Shown piece by piece: positions 46,844 through 56,309 of a stretch of 64,000 nucleotides of DNA (within the stretch, counting starts at the first letter, position 1; every line of letters begins with the position of its first letter). Origin of the DNA: Actinomycetes bacterium. GTDB lineage: Bacteria > Actinomycetota > Acidimicrobiia > Acidimicrobiales > RAAP-2. The notes below the pieces were generated by a model. The model did not search any database and was not told where the DNA came from. It worked only from the letters and a program-made list of their open reading frames with translations. The stretch covers positions 1,702-65,701 of the forward strand of contig JAJYAC010000003.1 in assembly GCA_021779735.1 (NCBI GenBank), given 5' to 3'. A program made the position numbers and the translations under genes.

Positions 46844-48316
46844 GTGGCCCTACCCGCCGAGACAGCCGTACCGACCTCACGCACGCGCCACCCCGGCCTC
46901 GCGCTCGTCGTCATCGCCATCGCCCAGTTGATGGTCATGCTCGACCTCACGATCGTCAACATCGCCCTGCCGACGCTGCAGCGTTCACTGGGCTTCTCGG
47001 TGGCGAGCCTCGCGTGGGTGATTGACGCCTACGTCCTCGCTTTTGGCGGATTGCTCCTCTTTGGTGGTCGCCTCGGCGACCTCTTTCGGCGTCGTCGCAT
47101 GCTCATGGTGGGTGTCGCCCTCTTCACCCTCTCGTCCTTCGCGGGGGGTCTCGCGTCGAGCCCGGCGCTCTTGATCGCCGCTCGCATGGTCCAGGGCCTC
47201 GGCGCCGCCATCGCCTCGCCCACCGCCCTCTCGCTCGTCGTCACCACGTTCCCCGAGGGCCACGCGCGCCGGCGCGCCATGGCCATCTTCGCAGCGATGA
47301 CCGCGGCCGGTGGCGCGTCCGGGCTGCTCCTGGGGGGACTGCTCGTGGACTACGTATCGTGGCGCTGGGTCTTCTTCGTGAACGTTCCCATCGGCCTCAC
47401 CCTTCTCATCCTCGCCCCCCTCGCCCTCGAGCGCGGCCAGGCAACTCACAGCCAGCTCGACGTGCCGGGGGCGCTACTCATCACCGGGTCGATGACCTCA
47501 CTCGTCTACGGCTTCGTGCGCGCTCCCGAGGCCGGTTGGGGCCACTCGACGACCCTGGGCGCCTTCGCCCTCGCGCTCGCGCTGCTCGTCGCCTTCTTCG
47601 TCGTCGAGCGACGCGCCAAGGCCCCGCTCGTACCCCTGTCGTTCCTCCAGCACCAGGGGCGCGCCCTGGGCTACGCCATCATGCTGCTGGTGGGTGGGGC
47701 CATGCTCTCGCTGCTCTACTTCCTCACCCAATTCCTCCAGAACGTCATGCACTACTCGCCCGTGCTCGCGGGCGTCGCGTACCTGCCGGTGCCGGTCATG
47801 GTGGCGAGCACCAGCCAGGTCGTCTCACGCCTGGTGGGACGCCTCGGCGTCCGTCCCTTCCTCATCGCGGGCCCCCTCCTCGTGACCGGCGCGCTCGCCA
47901 CGGCGTCAACGCTGCACGCCGGCTCGCACTACCCGGTCGTCTTCGCGGCCCTGGTCATGATGGGCCTGGGGATGGGCCTCATCTTCGTGCCGCTCATGCT
48001 CAACGCGGTCTCAGTCGTGGGCCACGGCCACGCCGGGCTCGCCTCAGGCCTTCTCAATACCTCCCAGCAAATCGGTGGATCTGTGGGTCTCGCGGTGCTC
48101 GTGAGCGTCGCCGCCTCGACGGTGCGCCACGACCTCACGGGCGTCACCCCGACGCCGGCCGCACAACTTTCTGCCCAAGTGCACGCCTTCCAGAACGCCC
48201 TGCACGGGGGGGCGCTCGCGGCCGCCGCCGCGGTCGTCGTCGCGATCTTTCTGCCGAACCCGCGTGAGGCAGCGACGACAACCGACAGCGTGAACGCGAG
48301 CGCGAAGCCGGCCTAG
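46844..48316 (+). CDS. DHA2 (EmrB/QacA, 14-TM) MFS efflux transporter
   Basis: LDLTIVNIALP, GGRLGDLF, WRWVFFVNVPIG, ASGLLNT.QQIGGS. Confidence 0.92.
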   Translation: MALPAETAVPTSRTRHPGLALVVIAIAQLMVMLDLTIVNIALPTLQRSLGFSVASLAWVIDAYVLAFGGLLLFGGRLGDLFRRRRMLMVGVALFTLSSFAGGLASSPALLIAARMVQGLGAAIASPTALSLVVTTFPEGHARRRAMAIFAAMTAAGGASGLLLGGLLVDYVSWRWVFFVNVPIGLTLLILAPLALERGQATHSQLDVPGALLITGSMTSLVYGFVRAPEAGWGHSTTLGAFALALALLVAFFVVERRAKAPLVPLSFLQHQGRALGYAIMLLVGGAMLSLLYFLTQFLQNVMHYSPVLAGVAYLPVPVMVASTSQVVSRLVGRLGVRPFLIAGPLLVTGALATASTLHAGSHYPVVFAALVMMGLGMGLIFVPLMLNAVSVVGHGHAGLASGLLNTSQQIGGSVGLAVLVSVAASTVRHDLTGVTPTPAAQLSAQVHAFQNALHGGALAAAAAVVVAIFLPNPREAATTTDSVNASAKPA

Positions 48317-49275
48317 AGGCCGTTCACCCCCGCGACCACACCGCGAATTGACGTCGAGACCAACTTCGTGCACGTCGAGAACGCGAGGGGAATCATCCCG
48401 CGCGCTCCCGAGACGGTCACGGACACCGCGACCGCGCGCGCGGGTGCGCACGTCGCCGCGGACCAGTTCCCGGTAGTGGCGACGCCAAACGCGACACTCG
48501 CCTTCGCTCCGGGAACGAGACGCACCGGATAGCCAAAACCCGCGACGCTATCGGGTCGCGCGCGGGGCCCGAGGTAGTCACCGATGGCGAGACTGCGCAG
48601 CGGGTGCACCGTGGGGATGCCCGTCACCACGCACGCACTCGACGAGGCGTTGCGAAAGATCAGCGCGTGGTAGGTGGTACCCGCCGCGCCGTTGGTGCCT
48701 CCCAGGCTCATGGCGAGTTGGGCCGAGCGACAGCGCGGCGTGGTGGGCAACGCCGTCGTCACGCTCGACCAGGCGGTCGTGCCTCCGACGCACACCGCGA
48801 CCGCACGCGCCAAGGCCACGACGTAGGGCGTCGTCACTCCGGGAGCGCCCACACGCACGCTCGTCGCGCTCTTGGTCGTGCACTGGACTCCCGCCATGGT
48901 GGACAGGCGTGCGACGGCCTGAAAGCCGAAGTAGAGCGGCGTCCAGCGCGCGCTCAGAGTGCGCGGCAACTGGTAGATGACCGGACCAATCGCCACGCCA
49001 CTAGCGCTCAGCCACTGGTAGCCCGTCGCGTTCACGCTCCACAGGCAACTCGGCGACGCGGTGGAACTGAAGACGAGCTGGGCCGTCGTGCCCCCCGGAC
49101 GGCTCGAGAGTGAACTGGTCGCGTTGACGTGCCCGGCGAGACACGCCGGCGTGGCCGCGGCGCTCGCGCGCGCCCCCGGCGAGAGCGTCACGAGACCGGT
49201 CACGAACATCACGAGGGCCGCGAGTGCGGCGAGCGAGCGTGCAGCCCGCCGAGCGCCGAGTGGGTAAGTGGTCAT
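48313..49275 (-). CDS. Secreted protein with tandem DUF4232-like domains
   Basis: Signal peptide. C-terminal C..AQLAMSLGGTNGAAGT.Y..L.F.N....C.V.G.P domain and a degenerate N-terminal copy with similar Cys spacing. Confidence 0.7.
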   Translation of the reverse strand: MTTYPLGARRAARSLAALAALVMFVTGLVTLSPGARASAAATPACLAGHVNATSSLSSRPGGTTAQLVFSSTASPSCLWSVNATGYQWLSASGVAIGPVIYQLPRTLSARWTPLYFGFQAVARLSTMAGVQCTTKSATSVRVGAPGVTTPYVVALARAVAVCVGGTTAWSSVTTALPTTPRCRSAQLAMSLGGTNGAAGTTYHALIFRNASSSACVVTGIPTVHPLRSLAIGDYLGPRARPDSVAGFGYPVRLVPGAKASVAFGVATTGNWSAATCAPARAVAVSVTVSGARGMIPLAFSTCTKLVSTSIRGVVAGVNGL

Positions 49276-49388
49276 GGACACCTCCGTTAACTCGAACCTA
49301 GTCACGTCTCGCGAGCAGAGCCACTCGACGAAAGGTGGTCGTGGCGCCGGTGCGTTAGCGTTCGTTTAGGCACGAAAAGGACCGTGAT

Positions 49389-50732
49389 ATGGCTAACGAC
49401 CGCACCCACATGACCAGCCAGGAGAGGGAGAGGGCTTCGGTCTTTCACTCCTGGTCCGCGCAGGCCACGCTCAACCCCCTAATGGTCTCGCACGCCGAGG
49501 GCGTCTACGTGATCGACGAGGAGGGCACGCGCTACCTCGACTTCTCCTCCCAGTTGGTCAACACCAACATCGGTCACCAGCACCCCGCCGTGGTAGCGGC
49601 CATCCAGGAGCAGGCCGCCACGCTGTGCACCATCGCGCCCCAGCACGGCTACGTGAGTCGCTACCGCGCGGCCGAGCTCATTTTGGACCACTCCTTCGAG
49701 GGGGCGGCGAAGGTCTTCTTCACCAACGGCGGCACCGAGGCCGTCGAGCACGCGGTGCGCATGGCGCGACTGCACACCGGACGTCACAAGGTCCTCGCCC
49801 AGTACCGCAGCTACCACGGCGCGACGTCGACCTCGATCAATCTGACCGGCGACCCGCGCCGCTGGCCCAACGACCACGGCGCGGCGGGCGTGGTGCACTT
49901 CTTTGGTCCCTTCCTCTACCGCTCGCACTTTCACGCGACCACCGAGGCCCAAGAGTGCGAGCGCGCCCTGGAGAACCTCGAGGCCACCATTGCCTTCGAG
50001 GGTCCCTCGACGGTTGCGGCGATCATCCTGGAGACCGTGCCCGGCACCGCCGGCATCATGGTCCCGCCCGCGGGCTTTCTCCAGGGCGTGCGCGAGATCT
50101 GCGACCGCCACGGCATCGTCTACATCGCCGACGAGGTGATGGCGGGCTTCGGGCGCACCGGGGAGTGGTTCGCGTACCAGGCCCACGGAGTGACCCCCGA
50201 CCTCGTCACCTTCGCCAAGGGCGTGAATTCGGGCTACGTGCCCCTGGGCGGCGTCGTGCTCAACGAGGCGATCAGCGCGACGTTCAACGACCGCGTCTAC
50301 CCGGGCGGCCTCACCTACTCGGGTCACCCACTGGCTTGCGCGTCCGCGGTCGCCACGATCGAGGCCTTCGAGAACGAGAGCATCGTCGAGAACGCCAAGT
50401 TCATCGGTGATGAGGTGTTGCGACCGGGGCTCCTCGCGCTCGCGGAGAAGCACCCGGTTATCGGGGACGTCCGCGGGTTGGGTGTCTTCTTCGCCCTCGA
50501 GCTCGTCGCGGACCGCGCCACCAGAGAACCCCTCGCCCCCTACGGCGCCAGCTCGCCGGCGATGAACGCCGTCGTCGCGGCCGCGAGGGCCGAGAAGCTG
50601 CTCATCTTCACCAACTTCAACCGGATCCACGTCGTGCCGCCGTGCACGATCACCGCCGAGGAGGCCGCCGACGGCCTCGCGCGCCTCGATCGCGCCCTGG
50701 CCGCCGCCGCGCCCTACTACCGCGGGTCATGA
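49389..50732 (+). CDS. Class III PLP aminotransferase (omega-amino acid/taurine-type)
   Basis: YLDFSSQLVNTNIGH, FFTNGG, SYHG, IADEVMAGFGRTG, FAKGVNSGY, TYSGHP. Confidence 0.92.
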   Translation: MANDRTHMTSQERERASVFHSWSAQATLNPLMVSHAEGVYVIDEEGTRYLDFSSQLVNTNIGHQHPAVVAAIQEQAATLCTIAPQHGYVSRYRAAELILDHSFEGAAKVFFTNGGTEAVEHAVRMARLHTGRHKVLAQYRSYHGATSTSINLTGDPRRWPNDHGAAGVVHFFGPFLYRSHFHATTEAQECERALENLEATIAFEGPSTVAAIILETVPGTAGIMVPPAGFLQGVREICDRHGIVYIADEVMAGFGRTGEWFAYQAHGVTPDLVTFAKGVNSGYVPLGGVVLNEAISATFNDRVYPGGLTYSGHPLACASAVATIEAFENESIVENAKFIGDEVLRPGLLALAEKHPVIGDVRGLGVFFALELVADRATREPLAPYGASSPAMNAVVAAARAEKLLIFTNFNRIHVVPPCTITAEEAADGLARLDRALAAAAPYYRGS

Positions 50733-51364
50733 GCGACGAGCGCCGCGCAATCGTGGCTGCGCAACTGCGCGAGCTCGGTCACGCGTTCGTCGCCCACGAT
50801 CTCTCCGACGCCACCCTCGACGCCCTCGAGAGCGCGGTGCAGGTCCTAATGCCCCTCGTGCGCGAGGAGCCGATCCGCGAGTGGGTCCCCCGAGTTCAGT
50901 TAGCGGAGCACCTGGAGCTACCCATTCCCGATGAGGAGGCCGCGGGAGCGAGCCTGGCCTTCGCGCATTCGCTCGTCTCCGGTGGTGCCAACCCGATGGG
51001 ACTCGGCGCGACGCTCTGGCGCGAGGGCGACATCGCGGCGATGCGCGTCACGCTGGGCCGAGCCTTCGAGGGCGCCCCGGGCCGTTCGCACGGTGGGGTC
51101 ATTGCTTCGTTGGTCGATGAGACGATGGGACTGGCCGCGAGCATGAACGGCGCCTTCGGACTCACGGCCACGCTCTCCCTCTCGTACCGTGCGCCGGCGC
51201 CCCTCGGCGAGCCGATTACGGCGCGCGGCTGGATCGCCTCACAAGCGGGCCGCAAGGTTCACCTCGCGGCCTCGGTCACCTCGGGCGACTTGCTGATCGC
51301 CGAGGCGACCGCGCTATTCATCACGATCGAGCCCGGCGCCTTTGGCGCCACGACGTCGCCGTAA
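50729..51364 (+). CDS. PaaI-family thioesterase
   Basis: FEGAPGRSHGGVIASLVDE, L...YRAPAPL. Confidence 0.85.
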   Translation: MSDERRAIVAAQLRELGHAFVAHDLSDATLDALESAVQVLMPLVREEPIREWVPRVQLAEHLELPIPDEEAAGASLAFAHSLVSGGANPMGLGATLWREGDIAAMRVTLGRAFEGAPGRSHGGVIASLVDETMGLAASMNGAFGLTATLSLSYRAPAPLGEPITARGWIASQAGRKVHLAASVTSGDLLIAEATALFITIEPGAFGATTSP

Positions 51365-51413
51365 CCCAGGAACCCGGCGATTGAACGAATTTCACTCTCG
51401 TTAGGATCAGCCC

Positions 51414-52370
51414 ATGCCCGCTGTCACCGTTGAGAATCCACTTGAGCTACCGCGCGTCGTCGTACCCCTCGCGGGCGATCGCGCCCGGCGCGTGAAGTCG
51501 ATCACCACCGCCCCGCGCGGCCTCGAGGGCGAGGGTTTCCCCGTGCGTCGAGCCTTCGCCGGCGTGGACCTGGCCGACCTCGACCCCTTCGTGCACATGG
51601 ACCAGATGGGCGAGGTCGACTACGGTCCGGGCGAACCCAAAGGAACCCCCTGGCACCCCCACCGTGGCTTTGAGACGGTGACCTACATGATCGAGGGAAC
51701 GTTCTTACACCAGGACTCCATCGGTGGCGGTGGCGTGATCCAAAACGGCGCCACGCAGTGGATGACCGCGGGGGCGGGGATCTTGCACATCGAGCGACCA
51801 CCGGACGCGCTCATCGACTCGGGCGGGCTCTTTCACGGCATCCAACTCTGGGTGAACTTGCCTTCGCGCCTGAAGATGACGAACCCTCGTTACCAGGACA
51901 TCGAAGCGGGCGCGGTGACGCTACTGACCAACGACGCGGGTGACGCGATCATTCGAGTCATCGCGGGCTCCCTCGGCGACGCCGGCGGTCCCGGTTCTAC
52001 CCACACCCCCATCACGATCGTGCACGTATCGCTGATGCCCGGCGCGCAGCTGGCGCTTCCCTGGCCCGGCGCCTACAACGCTCTCTCCTACGTGCTCGCT
52101 GGGCAGGGCAGCGTGGGAATGGATCGTCACGCGATCGGCGAGGGCCAGATGGCGGTGCACGTCGACGGTGACTTCGTGGTGCTCTCGGCCAACGAGACCC
52201 AGGACTCTCGCACCCAGGCCCTCGAAGTTCTGATCCTGGGGGGCGAGCCGATCCGCGAACCCGTCGCCGCCTACGGCCCCTTCGTGATGAACACGCGCGC
52301 CGAACTCCAGCAGGCCTTCGAGGACTACCAGGCGGGACGACTCGGTCAGATTCCCGCCGACCACATCTAG
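51414..52370 (+). CDS. Pirin family protein
   Basis: DPFVHMDQ, HPHRGFETVTY, QWMTAG.GILH.E, YGPFVMN. Confidence 0.95.
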   Translation: MPAVTVENPLELPRVVVPLAGDRARRVKSITTAPRGLEGEGFPVRRAFAGVDLADLDPFVHMDQMGEVDYGPGEPKGTPWHPHRGFETVTYMIEGTFLHQDSIGGGGVIQNGATQWMTAGAGILHIERPPDALIDSGGLFHGIQLWVNLPSRLKMTNPRYQDIEAGAVTLLTNDAGDAIIRVIAGSLGDAGGPGSTHTPITIVHVSLMPGAQLALPWPGAYNALSYVLAGQGSVGMDRHAIGEGQMAVHVDGDFVVLSANETQDSRTQALEVLILGGEPIREPVAAYGPFVMNTRAELQQAFEDYQAGRLGQIPADHI

Positions 52371-52816
52371 GTTCCAGGCGAACCCGCGTCGCGGTGGATC
52401 AAGAACGTGCCGGTCGCGCGACTGACGATCTCGTGCGCCGCGTTCGTGATCGTCGCCTCCGCGAAGGCGATCTGGCGCGCGAGGCGCACCACCTCGCCAC
52501 GTAGCGCGTAGGTCTCCTCGCGCCGAGCCGCGCGCATCAACTCTGTTGCAATCTCAATGGTCGAGTTCGTGCGGTCGCGACCGGTCAGAGCCGCGTTGAT
52601 CGCGAAGTTCATCGCCGCGTCGAGCAGCACCGTGTGCACGCCGGCCTGGACGGTGCCGTGAGGGTTGCACGCGAGATCCGCGGGCGAAAACGTCCCGGCC
52701 ACCCAGCCCAAATCCTCGCCGTCGACGCCGTAGGTGTCAAACGAACCGCCGAGGGCCCCGATGATCGCCATGCCCCCGTCGCCCAACCAGCGATCCATGT
52801 CACGTCGAAGGTCCAC
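52367..52816 (-). CDS. PaaI-family thioesterase
   Basis: NPHGTVQAGV...LLD.AM, GEVVR, SRATGTF. Start codon uncertain. Confidence 0.8.
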   Translation of the reverse strand: MDLRRDMDRWLGDGGMAIIGALGGSFDTYGVDGEDLGWVAGTFSPADLACNPHGTVQAGVHTVLLDAAMNFAINAALTGRDRTNSTIEIATELMRAARREETYALRGEVVRLARQIAFAEATITNAAHEIVSRATGTFLIHRDAGSPGT

Positions 52817-52876
52817 GTCGTTGACGATAGTGCCGGCCCGTCTAGGCTTCGCGGGTAGCAGTCGAAAGGCACGAAC

Positions 52877-54058
52877 ATGCAAGACGCGGTCATCGTCGAC
52901 GCCCTGCGCACGCCCGGTGGTAAGCGCAACGGCAAACTCCGTAACTGGCACGCAGTCGACCTCGCGAGCGAGGCCCTGCGCGCGCTCGCCAGTCGCAACA
53001 ACCTCGACACCGGACTCGTCGACGACGTGATCATGGGATGCGTCTCCCAGACCGGCGAGCAGGCCTTTAACGTCGGGCGAAACGCCGTGCTCGCCGCCGG
53101 CTGGCCCGAGTCGGTTCCCGCGACGACCATTGATCGCCAGTGCGGTTCGAGCCAACAGGCGCTGCACTTCGCCGCTCAGGGCGTCATGTCGGGCGCCTAC
53201 GACGTCGTCGTCGCGGCGGGCGTCGAGGTGATGACGCGCGTGCCCATGGGTTCATCCATTGGCAAGGACTCCGGCTTTCCCTTCGGTCCGCGCGTGAGCG
53301 AGCGCTACGCGCCCGTGGGCGGACTGCGAAACCAGGGCATCGGCGCCGAGATGATCGCCGACCAGTGGGGCATCACGCGCGAGCAACTCGACGCCTTTAG
53401 CGTCGAGAGCCATCTGCGCGCCGCGCGCGCGACCGCCGAGGGTCGCTTCGAACACGAGATCATCCCCATCGACGTACGAGGTGATGACGGCAGTCCCACC
53501 GGAGAGGTGATGGTGGCCGACGAGGGAATCCGCCCCAACTCCTCAGTCGAGGCGCTGGCGAACTTGAAGCCCGCCTTCCTCGAGAACGGCAAGGTGACCG
53601 CCGGCAACTCCTCGCAGATCACCGACGGCGCGTCCGCGGTTCTCATCATGTCCGCCGAGCGCGCGGCCGCGCTGGGCTACCGGGCGCGAGCTCGGTTCCA
53701 CTCCTTCGCCCTCGCCGGCGTCGATCCCGTCACCATGCTCACGGGTCCCATTCCCGCCACTCACAAGATCCTCGCCAAGTCGGGCCTGAGTCTCGCGGAC
53801 ATTGACCTCGTCGAGATCAACGAGGCATTCGCCTCCGTGGTGCTCGCCTGGCAAAAGGAGCTCGACGCCGACCTGTCCAAGGTCAACGTCAACGGCGGCG
53901 CCATCGCGCTTGGTCACCCACTCGGCGCCTCCGGGGCCAAGTTGGCGGCGACGCTGCTCAACGAACTTGAGCGCACACGCGGTCGCTACGGCCTGCTGAC
54001 GATGTGCGAGGGCGGTGGACTCGCCAACGCCACGATCATCGAGCGCTTGGGCGACTGA
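52877..54058 (+). CDS. Thiolase (acetyl-CoA C-acyltransferase)
   Basis: DRQCGSSQ, EINEAFA, GGAIALGHPLGASG, MCEGGG. Confidence 0.95.
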   Translation: MQDAVIVDALRTPGGKRNGKLRNWHAVDLASEALRALASRNNLDTGLVDDVIMGCVSQTGEQAFNVGRNAVLAAGWPESVPATTIDRQCGSSQQALHFAAQGVMSGAYDVVVAAGVEVMTRVPMGSSIGKDSGFPFGPRVSERYAPVGGLRNQGIGAEMIADQWGITREQLDAFSVESHLRAARATAEGRFEHEIIPIDVRGDDGSPTGEVMVADEGIRPNSSVEALANLKPAFLENGKVTAGNSSQITDGASAVLIMSAERAAALGYRARARFHSFALAGVDPVTMLTGPIPATHKILAKSGLSLADIDLVEINEAFASVVLAWQKELDADLSKVNVNGGAIALGHPLGASGAKLAATLLNELERTRGRYGLLTMCEGGGLANATIIERLGD

Positions 54059-54334
54059 TCAGCGGTAGCGCGTCGCGAGGAAGAACGCCGCGAACATCGA
54101 GGCGAGTCCCACCAGCAAGTACCACGACGACACCGCGCCGGGCAGCACCGACAGGTAGTTCAGCGTGATCACGATGAGGCCAAAGAGCAGCAGGTCGATG
54201 AGCAGCCACGGGTACCACAGCGGGCTGTGATCAGACTCGGGAGCGTGGGGCGCGGTGTAGCGACCGCTGCGCTCGGGCGCGGTGTAGCGACCAACCGACT
54301 TTGTCTTGCGTCCCTTGGATCCGCTGCTCGCCAT
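54059..54334 (-). CDS. crgA: Cell division protein CrgA
   Basis: Basic N-terminus, SPLWY, two TM helices, W..LVG, ATRYR. Adjacent to pknB. Confidence 0.75.
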   Translation of the reverse strand: MASSGSKGRKTKSVGRYTAPERSGRYTAPHAPESDHSPLWYPWLLIDLLLFGLIVITLNYLSVLPGAVSSWYLLVGLASMFAAFFLATRYR

Positions 54335-54365
54335 AGGTGACGATGTTACCGAATCACGGGCGCCG

Positions 54366-56270
54366 CTACGGGCACAACTGCAAGTCGACGCTCGTGTTGT
54401 ATGGCGCGAGCGTGCCCGGCGCGACGCTCTGGGCCGCCACGGTGCCCGAGTCGCCGGGCGTGAGACAGAGCGTCGGATTGGCCACCGTATCAACCGTCGT
54501 CACCTGACCCACCAAGAAACCCTGTCCCGTCAGGGCCGTACTGGCCGCGCCCTGAGTGTCGCCGATGACGTTGGGCATGTAGGCCTGGCAGTAGCCCGAG
54601 GAGGTGACGAGTTCGATCGCCTGGCCCGCCTTGACCGGCGTGCCCACGGCGGGCACGGTCCCCACGACGAGACCCGCGGCGATCTTGTTCGAGCACTTCT
54701 CCACCGAGGTGGGCGCGAGTGTGAGGCTGTCTGAACCCAGAGTGACCAGCGCCTGGTTCGTCGTCATGCCGGCCAGATTGGGCATCGGGTACGTCTGGCC
54801 CGACGCGAGGACGAAGAGGGTCACGGTGTCACCGGCGTGGGCCGACGACTTACCCACCGGCGACTGGTTGAAGACGGTGTTGGGCGTCGTGCCCGCGGGA
54901 GCGGTCTGAGTCGTGTCGAGTTTGGGAATGAGGCCGAGTAGCTGCAACTGACTCTCGGCGTCGGCGAGCGAGAAGCCCGTGACGTCGGGCACGGTGACGG
55001 GGGCCTTGGCCGGTCCCGTACTCACGCGAAGCGTCACGGACTCGCCGGCCGTGACGCTGGCCCCGGCCGCCGGGCGCGTGAAGAGCACCTGGTTGACCGG
55101 CTTGTTCGAAGCCACCTGCAACGTCGTGCCCACCGTGAGGCCGTTAGCGATAATGGTCGCGGTCGCCGTGGCCACGTCCTGACCCACGACGTTAGGCATC
55201 AACGTGGCCGAGGGGGACTTGTTGGCGAGCAAGAAGTACGAGAGGCCGGCCGCGGCGAGCACGACGACCACGATCGTCGCGATGAGGCCGCTGCGTCCGC
55301 TGCGACGCCGGCGCACGTCGGTGCGCGGTCCCGTCATGACGGGCACCGCCTGCGTGCGGTCGCCCGTCACGGCGCTCACCGACCGGGTGGCGTCGGCACC
55401 GAAGAATGCCACGTCGCGCTGGGCCGCGCGCACGGGCTGGCCCTCGCTGTAGCGCAGGAGGTCGGCGCGAAACTCGTCGGCGCTCTGGTAGCGCACGTTC
55501 GGATCCTTCGCCAGCGCCTCCATGATGATCGCCTCTAGGTCGTGAGGGACCGTCGAGGAGAACTCGCTGGGCGGTGGCACGGAGCCGCGCACGTGCTGGC
55601 TCGAGACTTCGATGGGCGAGTCACCGATGAAGGGTGGGCGGCCCACCACCATCTCGTAGAGCACCACGCCGAGGGAGTAGACGTCGCTGCGCCCGTCGAC
55701 GGCGGCCCCCTCGGCCTGCTCGGGCGAGAAGTAGGTCGCGGTACCCATCACCGAGCCCGCTTCGGCCAGGTGGTCTTCGACCGCCACCGCCTGGGCGATG
55801 CCGAAGTCAGTCACTTTCACCTGCCCGTCGGCGGTGATGAGAATGTTGCCAGGCTTCACGTCTCGGTGCACAACGCCTTGGCGGTGCGCGTACGCGAGAG
55901 CGAAGGCCACCTGGGCGACGATCTGGGCCGAGCGTGAGGCGGTGAGCGTGCGCGAGCCGCGCAGGACGTCGGCGAGCGAGGTCCCCTCGATGAGTTCCAT
56001 GACGATGAAGTAGGTGCCGTCATCCTCGCCCCAGTCAAAGACCGGCACGATGTTGGGGTGCGAGAGATTGGCCGCGGCCTGGGCTTCGCGCCGGAAACGC
56101 TCGACGAACATCGAGTCCGCGGAGAGCTCGGGGTAGAGGATCTTCAGCGCCACCGGGCGATTGAGCAGCAGGTCCTGGGCCCGGTAGACCAACGCCATTC
56201 CGCCGCGGGCGATCAGGTGGGTCACCTGGTAGCGCGAAGAGTAGATGCGGGGGTCGCTGACGGGCTCCAT
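54366..56270 (-). CDS. pknB: PASTA-domain Ser/Thr protein kinase PknB
   Basis: RGGMA.VY, VALK, HRDVKPGN, DFG, GTATYFSPEQ, TM helix, four PASTA repeats (MPNVVG, VPDVTG, MPNLAG, MPNVIG). Confidence 0.92.
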   Translation of the reverse strand: MEPVSDPRIYSSRYQVTHLIARGGMALVYRAQDLLLNRPVALKILYPELSADSMFVERFRREAQAAANLSHPNIVPVFDWGEDDGTYFIVMELIEGTSLADVLRGSRTLTASRSAQIVAQVAFALAYAHRQGVVHRDVKPGNILITADGQVKVTDFGIAQAVAVEDHLAEAGSVMGTATYFSPEQAEGAAVDGRSDVYSLGVVLYEMVVGRPPFIGDSPIEVSSQHVRGSVPPPSEFSSTVPHDLEAIIMEALAKDPNVRYQSADEFRADLLRYSEGQPVRAAQRDVAFFGADATRSVSAVTGDRTQAVPVMTGPRTDVRRRRSGRSGLIATIVVVVLAAAGLSYFLLANKSPSATLMPNVVGQDVATATATIIANGLTVGTTLQVASNKPVNQVLFTRPAAGASVTAGESVTLRVSTGPAKAPVTVPDVTGFSLADAESQLQLLGLIPKLDTTQTAPAGTTPNTVFNQSPVGKSSAHAGDTVTLFVLASGQTYPMPNLAGMTTNQALVTLGSDSLTLAPTSVEKCSNKIAAGLVVGTVPAVGTPVKAGQAIELVTSSGYCQAYMPNVIGDTQGAASTALTGQGFLVGQVTTVDTVANPTLCLTPGDSGTVAAQSVAPGTLAPYNTSVDLQLCP

Positions 56271-56309
56271 TGCCGTTCTAGCCTAGGGCTTTCACGTCAA
56301 AGACGTCTC

